Positions 10,086 through 19,805 of a stretch of 64,000 nucleotides of DNA are shown here, piece after piece (within the stretch, counting starts at the first letter, position 1; every line of letters begins with the position of its first letter). Where the stretch lies: positions 18,363 through 82,362 of IMG/VR virus record IMGVR_UViG_3300048444_000173; one strand, 5' to 3'. Under the pieces are notes generated by a model. The model saw only the letters and a program-made list of their open reading frames with translations, was not told the DNA's origin and did not search any database. Position numbers and translations under genes: made by a program. This DNA is from a virus.

Positions 10086-10298
10086 ATGCCAAAGTTATCC
10101 CAACCACATTTCTTGCAACTATTATCTGTCGTAAACTCTTTCCACAAACGCTCACCAGAGCTAACATGGTCACAAGCGTTTATGAAAGTGTATCGTGCCA
10201 CAGTAGATAAAGGCGCAAGTAATCCTCGCCTATTATCCGTAGCAAGCCCGTCTGACGCATTTGATATTGCAAGGGAGATGTATTGTGAAGCTGAATGA
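10086..10298 (+). CDS. hypothetical protein
   Basis: GGAGG RBS. Confidence 0.7.
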   Translation: MPKLSQPHFLQLLSVVNSFHKRSPELTWSQAFMKVYRATVDKGASNPRLLSVASPSDAFDIAREMYCEAE

Positions 10299-10348
10299 GA
10301 TTTATCTTGAGAAAGTATATGCTTATAACAATTTGTTCTAATAAATTT

Positions 10349-10389
10349 AGCCCGTATTTATTGACGGGGTTTTCTTTATCCGCTATTCT
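10349..10389 (+). promoter_or_regulatory. overlapping terminator hairpin and sigma70 promoter
   Basis: CCCGT/ACGGG stem plus T-tract; TTGACG(10361)-N17-TATTCT. Confidence 0.65.
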
Positions 10390-10424
10390 GTCACTATATC
10401 GTTAACAAAGAGAGGACAAAGATT

Positions 10425-10616
10425 ATGCTAAAAACTTACATAGTAAATTATTCAGGATTATGGCTAGGCGGCACAGCTATTGTCCGAGCAGAGTCAGAGC
10501 AAGAAGCTATTGAAGAAGTACGTTCACATCGCTTTACAACGAATTTCACTCATGTAGACTGCCAAGAAATTAAAATTAAGCGTGGTGTTATCTACAACGA
10601 CAACGGCGACTATTAA
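10425..10616 (+). CDS. hypothetical protein
   Basis: GAGG RBS after the promoter. Confidence 0.75.
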   Translation: MLKTYIVNYSGLWLGGTAIVRAESEQEAIEEVRSHRFTTNFTHVDCQEIKIKRGVIYNDNGDY

Positions 10617-10627
10617 GGAGAATTTTT

Positions 10628-11098
10628 ATGACTAAATATAGCAACCCAAAATCATTACCCGATCCAGTTGGAATGTTTGAACCACCATTATCGGAAGAAG
10701 TACCTGCTGAGTGGATTGAGGATAACAAAGGCGAAATTATTGACGTACTCATTGACAAAGGTTTCCATGAAGAATTGATTGAGTGGTATGTGGACGAGTT
10801 CTATGACGATATGGAATGTCAAGATGAGGTGATGAATGGTCTTATCTATGATATTGCTCGAACTTACACGCTAGATAATCCGCTATTGGATTTGTCAGAG
10901 ATTGTTGGCGAGTATTATGACGAAATTGAGAAGAAGTTAATGCTACATAAGCGTACAATCACTGGACATTTCCTTAACGAACATATTATTGGAGCAGAGC
11001 ATTTGCCAGAGTTTGTTGGTACAATGATTGACCCAACGATTGACGAAGTGTATGCTGAATATGTTGAAGAGTGTGAGCTTAATGATGCTATTGACTAA
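10628..11098 (+). CDS. highly acidic hypothetical protein
   Basis: AAGGAG RBS; D/E-rich. Confidence 0.75.
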   Translation: MTKYSNPKSLPDPVGMFEPPLSEEVPAEWIEDNKGEIIDVLIDKGFHEELIEWYVDEFYDDMECQDEVMNGLIYDIARTYTLDNPLLDLSEIVGEYYDEIEKKLMLHKRTITGHFLNEHIIGAEHLPEFVGTMIDPTIDEVYAEYVEECELNDAID

Positions 11099-11261
11099 AG
11101 ACAGCATCAAAGCAGAGTGTCAAGGACTACCCCGAAAAGATTTGGCGTATCTCCTTGACATAGGTAACGACCGTATTATAGAGTTAGAACGTGAGCTTGA
11201 ATATTTGAAGCAACGTAGAGATTATATTCGTGAATTGATTAAGGAGAAAAGGTATGAGTGA
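11082..11261 (+). CDS. hypothetical coiled-coil protein
   Basis: Overlapping operonic ORF. Confidence 0.55.
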   Translation: MMLLTKDSIKAECQGLPRKDLAYLLDIGNDRIIELERELEYLKQRRDYIRELIKEKRYE

Positions 11262-11769
11262 ATTTAAAACTGGAGTTTGTTATGTATACAATGGTGTCAA
11301 CGGTAGCCATTACCACTTTAAGCATGGTGACACATTCTTTGTCACTAAGAGGCAGTGTGCTGGTAATTGGGTAACAACTTGTGGACACGAAATAGCAGAA
11401 CAAAGGCTTCTCAATGGTACTGTTAAAGAGCTTAATGAATATAAAACAGGGCGAAAGTTTGGTAAAAGTAATTTGAAAGATGGGTATAAGGTTAAACTTC
11501 GCAGCGGAGTTGAAAACCTTGTTATCAATGGGTGTTTATGGAGAGGTGACAACACATACAAATCAAACCGTTTTGGTATTGACAAGAATTATAGCGATGA
11601 TTTATACAAGGGTAGGGGTTGTTATTCTAAAAGCGACCCAGATGATATTATGAAAGTTTATGACAACGAGAATCGTCTGGTATTCCAACGCGAAGATGAA
11701 GCCAAAGAGGTTACGCTTAAATTAACACAGGCTCAAATTGATAGCCTAAAAGAACAGGGAGTAATTTAA
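11254..11769 (+). CDS. hypothetical protein
   Basis: AAGGAG RBS; C-terminal half resembles 33528..34316. Confidence 0.75.
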   Translation: MSEFKTGVCYVYNGVNGSHYHFKHGDTFFVTKRQCAGNWVTTCGHEIAEQRLLNGTVKELNEYKTGRKFGKSNLKDGYKVKLRSGVENLVINGCLWRGDNTYKSNRFGIDKNYSDDLYKGRGCYSKSDPDDIMKVYDNENRLVFQREDEAKEVTLKLTQAQIDSLKEQGVI

Positions 11770-11930
11770 TCATGAAAGTTACACCAGAATACTTACTTGG
11801 CTATAAAGCCGCTAAAGATTCGTACGTACTCTTGTCCGAGAACTATGAGCATGTAGAGCAAGAAGATGTATTGGACGAGATTTATGAGAGCTATGTGCCG
11901 TATATGTTGAATGAGATGGGAGAATAAATT

Positions 11931-12260
11931 ATGGGTAATATTTCTGAACAACGTCTGCGTCAATTAGAAAGAGCAGAACGTAAACTAAATGCACTTGAGT
12001 CAGGTGGTGTGGATAATTGGGAGTGGTACAGTGAATCCCTCAAGGATTATTTTAAGGAGGAAGAATTAGCAGAACTGCTTGATGATTCTACCCAACAACT
12101 TGAGGAAGATCTTTTTAGCGAACCCGATTTTTGGAATGTGGAGATACCAAGTGTACGAGAAGCAGGTTACAGTGTGTATTTAACAGAAGATGGTCAGAAA
12201 TTCCTGCGTCAATACTTAGAATCTTTCAAGAGCAAAATTGATGAACTGAATAAGAACTAA
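11931..12260 (+). CDS. acidic hypothetical protein
   Basis: L.ALE.GGVDNWEWY motif common in phage proteins. Confidence 0.8.
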   Translation: MGNISEQRLRQLERAERKLNALESGGVDNWEWYSESLKDYFKEEELAELLDDSTQQLEEDLFSEPDFWNVEIPSVREAGYSVYLTEDGQKFLRQYLESFKSKIDELNKN

Positions 12261-12291
12261 GATTCTTATAACAAATCATTCTAACCAAATT

Positions 12292-12332
12292 AGCCTGTCC
12301 AAGTTGACGGGCTTTTTATTATTCGCTATGCT
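12292..12332 (+). promoter_or_regulatory. overlapping terminator hairpin and sigma70 promoter
   Basis: AGCCTGTC/GACGGGCT stem plus T-tract; TTGACG(12304)-N17-TATGCT. Confidence 0.7.
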
Positions 12333-12370
12333 GTAATTGTTACGTTGGAAAATACAGGAGCAAATAAGTT

Positions 12371-12637
12371 ATGAAAATCATCGGAACATCATACACGACG
12401 CCACCAGAGTATGAACACAACCATGAGTGGTTGCGTGATATTATCGAAAATGCTGTCTATAACCTAGACGACGCTGGATTACTTGACGAGTTTCTTGAGC
12501 AATACTTTGGTGATGTCGATAGTTATGACGTGGATTTACGTAATAAGGATTCACTTATAGATTACTTCCACGATGGTGTAGGCTATGATGACGTAATAGA
12601 AATATTTGACGGTTATGAGGAATATATTGATGCGTAA
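12371..12637 (+). CDS. highly acidic hypothetical protein
   Basis: AGGAG RBS; D/E-rich. Confidence 0.75.
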   Translation: MKIIGTSYTTPPEYEHNHEWLRDIIENAVYNLDDAGLLDEFLEQYFGDVDSYDVDLRNKDSLIDYFHDGVGYDDVIEIFDGYEEYIDA

Positions 12638-12911
12638 AAAGATTAGCAAGCGATATTACGCCAAACTCAAGCAAGCCTTTGACAATGACAGGATAATGTT
12701 TGACGGAATAACTAGAGCCTATGTCTCTGGCATAAACTCTAAGTCAATTATGACCAAAGAGCAGGCTCGATATTTAGCTAAGCAAATTGGCGGACACTGG
12801 AAAGATTTGCAAACGCTATGTCCTATCATATACAAAGTTGAGGATAATTGGATGAAAGATCTTGACGAAGATAATTTGGCAAGCTATAGTGAAGAAGAAT
12901 TGAGCAAATAA
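12630..12911 (+). CDS. hypothetical protein
   Basis: Start moved to the ATG after GAGG. Confidence 0.65.
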   Translation: MRKKISKRYYAKLKQAFDNDRIMFDGITRAYVSGINSKSIMTKEQARYLAKQIGGHWKDLQTLCPIIYKVEDNWMKDLDEDNLASYSEEELSK

Positions 12912-12927
12912 CTAAGGAGAATATCTT

Positions 12928-13263
12928 ATGAAAACATTATTAAGGTTAACCGCAGCAATTACAGCAACAGCATTTATGACGTTATCACCTGTGGTGTTAG
13001 CTTCGGATAACTCTGGTGAAGAAGTTACGTGTGAACAGTTTGCACAAGTGTCTGCGGTCATCATGGAAGCACGACAAAAGGGTGTGCCAATGGTGGACGC
13101 AATGAAAGTGGCGAGTGGTACGCCAGTATTTGAAGAGATAATTAAGCAAGCCTATTCTGTTAGACGTTTTAGTTCGGATGAATACCGACAAGAAGCTATC
13201 ACGGAGTTTAGCAATATGATTTATCGTGCTTGTCTTGAATCGGATTATGGACATAAGGAGTGA
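12928..13263 (+). CDS. secreted/periplasmic hypothetical protein
   Basis: N-terminal signal peptide (VLA-S cleavage); paired Cys. Confidence 0.7.
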   Translation: MKTLLRLTAAITATAFMTLSPVVLASDNSGEEVTCEQFAQVSAVIMEARQKGVPMVDAMKVASGTPVFEEIIKQAYSVRRFSSDEYRQEAITEFSNMIYRACLESDYGHKE

Positions 13264-13266
13264 GGC

Positions 13267-13515
13267 ATGAAACAAATACCTTTACCAAACCCCTTCGACG
13301 CAGGTGACGTGCCAGATGACTTGCGCCCACACTTATCCATAACAGTTGACGGAGAAAAGGTGGAGAAATGCTTTGAGGTATATCTTGGCGAAAATGGATA
13401 CGCCTTGTGCTATACTGGCGAGTGGGATGAATCAGGTAATCTTGGTACAATTATCCATGACGGATTAGTTGAGCTATGGTATACTAACGAAAAAGTGGAG
13501 GTGAGTTATGAGTGA
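13267..13515 (+). CDS. hypothetical protein
   Basis: RBS, operonic. Confidence 0.7.
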   Translation: MKQIPLPNPFDAGDVPDDLRPHLSITVDGEKVEKCFEVYLGENGYALCYTGEWDESGNLGTIIHDGLVELWYTNEKVEVSYE

Positions 13516-13963
13516 GTTTACAGTTAATGCTGGTGATTATATCTACCAGCCAAGTTTTACATATAGCGAGGTTTCATTATTCATTGAATTGGCGGCGGAG
13601 AGTGGAGCAGAGGTTACTAACTTCAGAACTGGTGATTATGTCGCTTATGACAGTGAAGATGATATGATAGACAGTTCTTATAGTGGTCATCACAATGGTT
13701 TTGAGAGGAATATTACAAAGGCATTCCGTGAATACTTGGACAACAAAAAGCCTAAATCAAGCGTCAGCCCATCTATTCCACCTAAGCCTATTGTCGCTAT
13801 TCATAAGGAGGATAATGCCTCTGATAGCCGCTTATGCTATTACGCCAGAGATTTGAAGCATTTATTGAAGCAGATGGATAATGACCAAGAGAGCTTGGTG
13901 GATTATGAGCTATTTAATCTCGGAGAAGAATTGGAGCTGAGAGTAGAGGAGAAAGAGTTATGA
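13508..13963 (+). CDS. hypothetical protein
   Basis: GGAGGT RBS. Confidence 0.75.
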   Translation: MSEFTVNAGDYIYQPSFTYSEVSLFIELAAESGAEVTNFRTGDYVAYDSEDDMIDSSYSGHHNGFERNITKAFREYLDNKKPKSSVSPSIPPKPIVAIHKEDNASDSRLCYYARDLKHLLKQMDNDQESLVDYELFNLGEELELRVEEKEL

Positions 13964-14307
13964 CAGAACCAAATGACTTAAATATCTTAGCGTGGTATGT
14001 TGACGCTATTATGCAAAAGCATGGGACATATTGTACGGTACAAGTTAAGCCTAAGTTTGACCATGATTCTCACAAATATAACGGCGGTACAAAAATCACA
14101 ACTTATATTAGTGGATTACCTGATGGGGTAATGAGCCACATTGACCATGATAGTTATGAAGAAGCTGAGGCTAGGCTTAGGGAATACTTTAACGGCGATC
14201 CGCTCGATATGTACGAGGAGTTACGCCGAAAGAAGATTGCCGTTATTAATCAACAGATAGAATATTTGCAGGAACAGTTGGATGAGTTAGAGGGGGATAA
14301 GCTATGA
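13960..14307 (+). CDS. hypothetical protein
   Basis: ATGA overlap. Confidence 0.75.
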   Translation: MTEPNDLNILAWYVDAIMQKHGTYCTVQVKPKFDHDSHKYNGGTKITTYISGLPDGVMSHIDHDSYEEAEARLREYFNGDPLDMYEELRRKKIAVINQQIEYLQEQLDELEGDKL

Positions 14308-14582
14308 ACAGCAGCCTAGACAAAATGACCTTAGCAGAAATTAAGGACTACGTATCTGCTTTAGAGAAGAAATCATCTAAGAATGACTATAAGGCTCATT
14401 TGGCTGATATTTTCACACAACTTGTGCAAATGATTGATGACCAAGACGTTCGTGATATGAGGTTGGAGATAGATAACTCGGATAAAGCGCCCTTATTCGG
14501 CATGTATGATAGTCATGGTAATATGCCAGATATTAAGCCGAGACTAGGTTGGACAGAAATTACGATTAAAATTTTGAGCTAA
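14304..14582 (+). CDS. hypothetical protein
   Basis: ATGA overlap. Confidence 0.7.
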   Translation: MNSSLDKMTLAEIKDYVSALEKKSSKNDYKAHLADIFTQLVQMIDDQDVRDMRLEIDNSDKAPLFGMYDSHGNMPDIKPRLGWTEITIKILS

Positions 14583-14588
14583 ATAACC

Positions 14589-14617
14589 TTGACAGAATAT
14601 TCGGCTTAGATTATAGT
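14589..14617 (+). promoter_or_regulatory. sigma70-type promoter
   Basis: TTGACA-N17-TATAGT. Confidence 0.75.
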
Positions 14618-14651
14618 GGTGGTGATTTTATTTGGATGGATGGAGAGAGAT

Positions 14652-14966
14652 ATGGGTAACGAAAAATTTAACCAACCGTGGGAGCGGTCATCAACGACGT
14701 ACAAGTTCGGTAAACCTATTGGTTACACTTTTGGTTATGGATGCAACAAACATAACGACGGACCAAAAGGTAAAATTGCATACGTTGAAACTGACGACCC
14801 GAAAGTTGCTGACTTTATTCAGGCCGCGCCTGATATGTGTCGGGTTTTGAGTGATATTTCAAACCTTTTAGGTCAAGGATACCCTCACGAAAACCTTGTA
14901 GCAGAGCTAGAGGCTGTACATTCAGAAATAGATAAATCCCTAGCAAAAGCGCGAGGTGAGGTATGA
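14652..14966 (+). CDS. hypothetical protein
   Basis: Start after GGAG; IxAAPD...AKARGE phage motif. Confidence 0.7.
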   Translation: MGNEKFNQPWERSSTTYKFGKPIGYTFGYGCNKHNDGPKGKIAYVETDDPKVADFIQAAPDMCRVLSDISNLLGQGYPHENLVAELEAVHSEIDKSLAKARGEV

Positions 14967-15220
14967 ATATCGAACAAATAAAACAAGTGCTTGAGGGTGC
15001 TGAAGAAGCCGACAATCATTTTCTTGAATTAGACGGTAAACATACACGGTACACTAGGCTTGCTAGTGACCATCATTGTTTAGACGACCTACGCACAATC
15101 CTAGCCCAGCATGAGGAAATTCAGCTATTGCGTGAGCAGCTAGAAATACAAACCAAGCGCGGGGATATGGTTAGTGGAGCTATTGATACAGCTTTGGATA
15201 TAAAGGAGCAGAATAAATGA
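14963..15220 (+). CDS. hypothetical protein
   Basis: ATGA overlap. Confidence 0.7.
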   Translation: MNIEQIKQVLEGAEEADNHFLELDGKHTRYTRLASDHHCLDDLRTILAQHEEIQLLREQLEIQTKRGDMVSGAIDTALDIKEQNK

Positions 15221-15960
15221 GTGAATACAGAAACTACGGCGATGACTTTATTATTGAGTCCAACAATTACGGTAAGCACGTATCAGCCATGACAGGTGAA
15301 CAATTACATAGCAAGTCTGATATAGCCGCTGAATTGGCTTATCGTGATGACCGAATCGAGCAGTTGGAGCGTGAGAATGAATTAGCAACCAAAGAAGCCT
15401 TGTTAATGGTTCAAGCTATGCACAAAGACTTCTACTCGGATTCCGATGGTGCAGAGTTATTTGAGCCATTAGATACCACCTCTGGCTTACTTACTCAAAT
15501 TGACAATATGTACGCAGGTATTCGTAACCGTTGCCGTGAGTTGGAGCGGGATAATCGGGAATTAGCTGATAAAAACTCCATCCTGTGGAATAGGTATAAC
15601 GAAGCCAGTACAGTCACAGGAAAAGAATGGGGGTTAACAAAAGAAAACCAAGCGCTAGCGGCGCATGTTGAACGTTTAATTAAAGCGTGTGAATTAGCCC
15701 GTGATAACTACGGTAAAATGCTATTGACTGACCCGCCGCAAGAAGCGTGGAAAGCAAATCAAGTGACCACAAAGTTGGTTGATGCAATAGCTTCAACGCC
15801 CCGAACCAGCCTAGCCGAGCGTGATGCGGAAGTTGCTAATAAAGCATTATTGAAGCTGGCAGAATACATGGAAGAAGGTTTTGGTGTGCCAGTGACTATG
15901 GGTTGTGATGAGGTTAGAGATTACGCCGCCAAAATCCGCAACGAAGGTTCTGACCAATAA
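15217..15960 (+). CDS. Ead/Ea22-like mosaic protein
   Basis: [27 protein letters not shown] motif. Confidence 0.6.
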   Translation: MSEYRNYGDDFIIESNNYGKHVSAMTGEQLHSKSDIAAELAYRDDRIEQLERENELATKEALLMVQAMHKDFYSDSDGAELFEPLDTTSGLLTQIDNMYAGIRNRCRELERDNRELADKNSILWNRYNEASTVTGKEWGLTKENQALAAHVERLIKACELARDNYGKMLLTDPPQEAWKANQVTTKLVDAIASTPRTSLAERDAEVANKALLKLAEYMEEGFGVPVTMGCDEVRDYAAKIRNEGSDQ

Positions 15961-16039
15961 CTTCCCCACCCACCTATCCTCAGTATTCGCCCTAGATGCT
16001 GGGGACAATTCCCTCCCTAAAAATATTCCAACAATTAAT

Positions 16040-16068
16040 TTGACAATGATTCGGACGAGTGATATTGT
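16040..16068 (+). promoter_or_regulatory. sigma70-type promoter
   Basis: TTGACA-N17-TATTGT with extended TG. Confidence 0.7.
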
Positions 16069-16099
16069 TGCTGAAAGTTTTAAATTAGGAGACTATAAT

Positions 16100-17341
16100 A
16101 TGGACAAACAACAACAAGCCCTAGACGCTATTCATAATGGAGAGAACATATTTCTCACTGGTGTAGGTGGTACAGGTAAGAGTTATGTCATTAATCAAAT
16201 TAAAGATGATTCTACCATTATCTGTGCGCCAACAGGAATTGCAGCACTAAATGTGGGCGGCATCACTTGTCATAAAGCCTTTGGATTGCCAACAGAGGTA
16301 GCGACTAAACATCATCGATCTATACATGGTAACAAGAACGAACAGTTTAGAGAATTATTCTCTGGTAATATTGTTAAACGTATTGTTATTGATGAAATAT
16401 CTATGTTGCGCCTAGATTATTTCGAACTAATTGACCATAAACTACGTGCAGTGAGAAATAATGACCTACCCTTTGGTGGAATACAGATGGTAGTGGTAGG
16501 AGATTTCTTCCAATTAGAGCCTATAGTGAGCGTTAAGCACAAGAAATTCTATTATATGCTATATCCTAGCGCCTTTTGCTTTAATAGCTCTAGCTGGAGC
16601 TTTAAGACCATAGAACTGGACAAGGTATATCGCCAAGAGGACGCTAATCAAGTTGCTATGTTGTCTTGTGTACGTAAAGCAGATAAACACGCTAAGTTAG
16701 CCTTAGACACAATTCAGAAACGTGCTGACATTTATAGAAACTCACCACTTACCTTAGAGTTATTTTGTTATAATGCTGGAGCAGATAAGGTTAATAAGCA
16801 GTGGTATGATGAGCTAAGCACAAGGGAATACACATATTTTGGTAGTAAACGTGGTAAGTGGAGTCCTAGTGAATTACCTGTACCAGAAGAATTACGTATG
16901 AAGTCTGGCGCAAGAATTATGCTATGTGCTAATGACTTAGAAGGGCAATATGTGAATGGTGATAGAGGCTTTATCAAGCAACTTAGCTATACAGGTATTG
17001 TCGTAGAGTTAGATGACGGCAGAATGGTCAATGTCCAACCTTACACTTGGAAGAAGATTGATTATGAAAAGGTGGAGGGGGAGTTAGTACGTAATACTGA
17101 CAATGAATATACACAGTTTCCTATCAAACTAGCATGGGCAATATCCATTCATAAATCACAAGGTATGACATTAGATAAGGTTGCTCTTAATGTTGGCAGA
17201 GGTTGTTTTGCACATGGTCAATTATACGTAGCCCTTAGTCGAGTTAAGGACTTGAATAAACTACAATTAGCAGAGCCATTAGTTTATAATCGTGATTTAA
17301 TTGTCAAACAAGAGGTAAAGGAGTTTTATGAAAAAGATTAA
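16100..17341 (+). CDS. SF1B (Pif1/RecD-like) DNA helicase
   Basis: [55 protein letters not shown]; start at the ATG after AGGAG. Confidence 0.92.
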   Translation: MDKQQQALDAIHNGENIFLTGVGGTGKSYVINQIKDDSTIICAPTGIAALNVGGITCHKAFGLPTEVATKHHRSIHGNKNEQFRELFSGNIVKRIVIDEISMLRLDYFELIDHKLRAVRNNDLPFGGIQMVVVGDFFQLEPIVSVKHKKFYYMLYPSAFCFNSSSWSFKTIELDKVYRQEDANQVAMLSCVRKADKHAKLALDTIQKRADIYRNSPLTLELFCYNAGADKVNKQWYDELSTREYTYFGSKRGKWSPSELPVPEELRMKSGARIMLCANDLEGQYVNGDRGFIKQLSYTGIVVELDDGRMVNVQPYTWKKIDYEKVEGELVRNTDNEYTQFPIKLAWAISIHKSQGMTLDKVALNVGRGCFAHGQLYVALSRVKDLNKLQLAEPLVYNRDLIVKQEVKEFYEKD

Positions 17342-17510
17342 CTTAACACCAGAAGAAATAGATAACTTAGTATACAAAGCCACTGTAGCTAAATGTATCT
17401 TAGTTGAAGATGGTTATTCAGAGGAAGAAGCAAAGGATTTAGCTTATGCTTTAGTCGATTATTGGATGGGGAAATATGATGATGAAAAAGGTTCAGGAAA
17501 ATCCGAATAG
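17328..17510 (+). CDS. hypothetical protein
   Basis: AAGGAG RBS. Confidence 0.65.
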   Translation: MKKINLTPEEIDNLVYKATVAKCILVEDGYSEEEAKDLAYALVDYWMGKYDDEKGSGKSE

Positions 17511-18273
17511 GTATTCTTATCGAAGTGATGATGATGGGAGTAAGACCGTAGTTATAACCGATTTAGGTAAGAACAAATTGGAGGACATTAGACAAGAGAT
17601 GGAATCACTAGAAATGGAATATAATATGTTAAAACGGGATGACGATGCCGATGTACAACTACGCCTGACAAAGATCAATGGTAAGATTAATTCATTACGA
17701 CAGTTTGCAGCAAGAATTAGACGTGGTGATAAAGTTAAGAATACTTGGGATAATCAGTTTGCTACAAATTGCCATAGTTATGTCCTTGATAACGCTGGGG
17801 CAAGTGTTAGGGAAGCATTAGATACAACTGCTATGCAGATGGGTAAGACAGAAGATTTTGTCAAAGATATGGAAAGACGTAAATACCCTAAATATGAACT
17901 GAATCATTTATTCCATGTTCTTAGTCATCACCCAATTTGGAACGACATGATAAACTATGACGAAATAGATAAGTCTGATATAAATACTGCTACAGATTTA
18001 TCGAACCAGTTAAATAAGGTAAGAAGAGCTAGGAAGAGATATCAGTGGCGTAAAGATACTGAAAGTAAATTGAAAGAACATGAGGTTAAGATAAAACAGT
18101 TAGAATTTGAAAGTAATCTTGCTAAGATAATGGAAGAGAAATACGGACAAAATGTTAAGCCAGATGATTTTGACATAGTATTAGCATGGAGAAACACTGG
18201 AATGAGTATTCGTCAGATATCTAAGCAAACAGGTATTAGTAAGAGTCGTGTTCAAAGGCTATTACAGGAATAA
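17476..18273 (+). CDS. DNA-binding protein with coiled coils and C-terminal HTH
   Basis: GMSIRQISKQTGISKSRVQRLL HTH. Confidence 0.75.
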   Translation: MMMKKVQENPNRYSYRSDDDGSKTVVITDLGKNKLEDIRQEMESLEMEYNMLKRDDDADVQLRLTKINGKINSLRQFAARIRRGDKVKNTWDNQFATNCHSYVLDNAGASVREALDTTAMQMGKTEDFVKDMERRKYPKYELNHLFHVLSHHPIWNDMINYDEIDKSDINTATDLSNQLNKVRRARKRYQWRKDTESKLKEHEVKIKQLEFESNLAKIMEEKYGQNVKPDDFDIVLAWRNTGMSIRQISKQTGISKSRVQRLLQE

Positions 18274-18280
18274 TATAACA

Positions 18281-18567
18281 ATGTCCCAACTATTAACGAA
18301 AGAATGCGGGCTAGAGAGGAGTCAAGGTTATTTTGACGTAATATATGGGACAGTTTTGGGACAACGTGCTTAAGAGACAATATAAGGCATAGTATGTGTC
18401 CCAAACTGATTATGTCACTATATCGGGTCGTATCGCTTTTACCCTAGTTTTGGACGGAAGAATGCGGCCTGTAGCTTGATTATGACTATTTTACCGATAC
18501 GATTTTGTCCAAGTGTGCTATAGAAACATTATAAGGGTATAATACCGTATCGGATAATTAAGTCATA
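18281..18567. repeat. two tandem hairpin modules (origin-like)
   Basis: Shared AAGAATGCGG(G/C)CT(A/G)(G/T)AG box and shared loop GTGCT-N10-TATAAGG, enclosed by module-specific inverted repeats. Confidence 0.7.
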
Positions 18568-18764
18568 GCTATTCTGGCGCAATATTAAGGCATAATTCTT
18601 AGGTATAGTTAGTTATGGCATAGGTAGTTATGCCTAAATATACTGTATAAGTGTACAGTTATGAAGTGCTTCTATAAATTCGGGTCATAATGTACTGTGC
18701 AATCTGTTTTAGCGATACACTAAGACATAGTGATTTTGACTAACACTTGGTCAAATTGACTAAT

Positions 18765-18985
18765 GCTGTATTTGGGCATAGGATTGTGGTGCTGTATAGG
18801 GCATAGAGTTATGGCTAGGTATAAGGCATAGGATTGTGACAATGTAATTTAGCATAGAATTGTGACTAGGTATTTTGGCAATGCTTATGGCGATGTATTT
18901 TGGCATAGTATTATGGCAATGTTTATGTCGATATTTATGGTGATGCTATTTGGCATAAGATTATGACAATGTTTACGGCATTGTA
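18765..18985 (+). repeat. degenerate tandem repeat, ~25-26 bp x 8-9
   Basis: Units such as GGCATAGGATTGTGACAATGTAATTT, GGCATAGAGTTATGGCTAGGTATAA. Confidence 0.75.
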
Positions 18986-19081
18986 TCTGCAAATGTACTT
19001 GAAAGGGTAGCCAGATCCAACTAACACAGTAAAATATACTTTACCGAACCTATTATCTCACCATAATTCTATGCTATAACC

Positions 19082-19402
19082 TTTTGCGTAATCATAAGTA
19101 CACATATTATGCCTAAGTTTCTGGCGTGATCTTTTGCTAAGGAATCTTACCCTTTCGGGTATACATAAGTACAGATATTTTGCCAAAGTGTTTTTGCGTA
19201 ATCATAAGTACAGATATTTTGCCAAAGTTTCGGGTATACATAAGTAGGCAAATCATTCAGACGTAATCATAAATACAGGAATTTCGCCAGAGTGTTCAGG
19301 TTTACATAAGTACAAGAATTATGACAGGATATACATAAGTACAGATATTTTGCTCAGGTTTACATAAGTACAGATATTGTCAGGATATACATAAGTAGGC
19401 AT
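19082..19402 (+). repeat. iteron-like array, 9 x CATAAGTA core
   Basis: Cores at 19093, 19164, 19203, 19239, 19268 (CATAAATA), 19305, 19334, 19363, 19390. Confidence 0.85.
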
Positions 19403-19506
19403 ATTTGTCCGAACCGTTTTCCGAACCATGCTGTGCCTAACACGTTCAACCTGTCGCTGTCAATACCCTTTGTATAGAATATTCTGCTATAACCTTATGC
19501 CAAAAA

Positions 19507-19805
19507 ATTATATACCTGAAGTATTGACAAGATTATTTTAACACTATCTAGCAATATAACCTTGCTGAATATATGCCATAATCTTTATTAATACTGCTGC
19601 ACTGGAGTAATTTATAACGGTTATAAGCAATCTTGTTTTAATAACAATATTGAATATATGCCTAAAACGCTCTATACGGCATTCTAAGCAATTTTAGCCT
19701 TAAGTAATACGTTGGGCTAGGGTATAGGCGGATCTCCATTTTCTATACAGAATGTTATATATAGCTAAATATTATATGCCTGAAGTATTGACAAGATCAT
19801 TTTAA
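19507..19805 (+). repeat. 35-bp direct repeat (19507-19541, 19771-19805) containing TTGACA
   Basis: ATTATAT(A/G)CCTGAAGTATTGACAAGAT(T/C)ATTTTAA, 33/35 identical. Confidence 0.8.

Noticed and set aside
15905-16099. N-terminal extension of the helicase in the ORF track
   Set aside because: It spans a promoter and RBS; the real start is ATG 16100
19082-19402. CRISPR or guide-RNA array
   Set aside because: Core is only 8 nt, spacing is irregular, intervening blocks are repeats rather than unique spacers, and no cas-like gene is in the window
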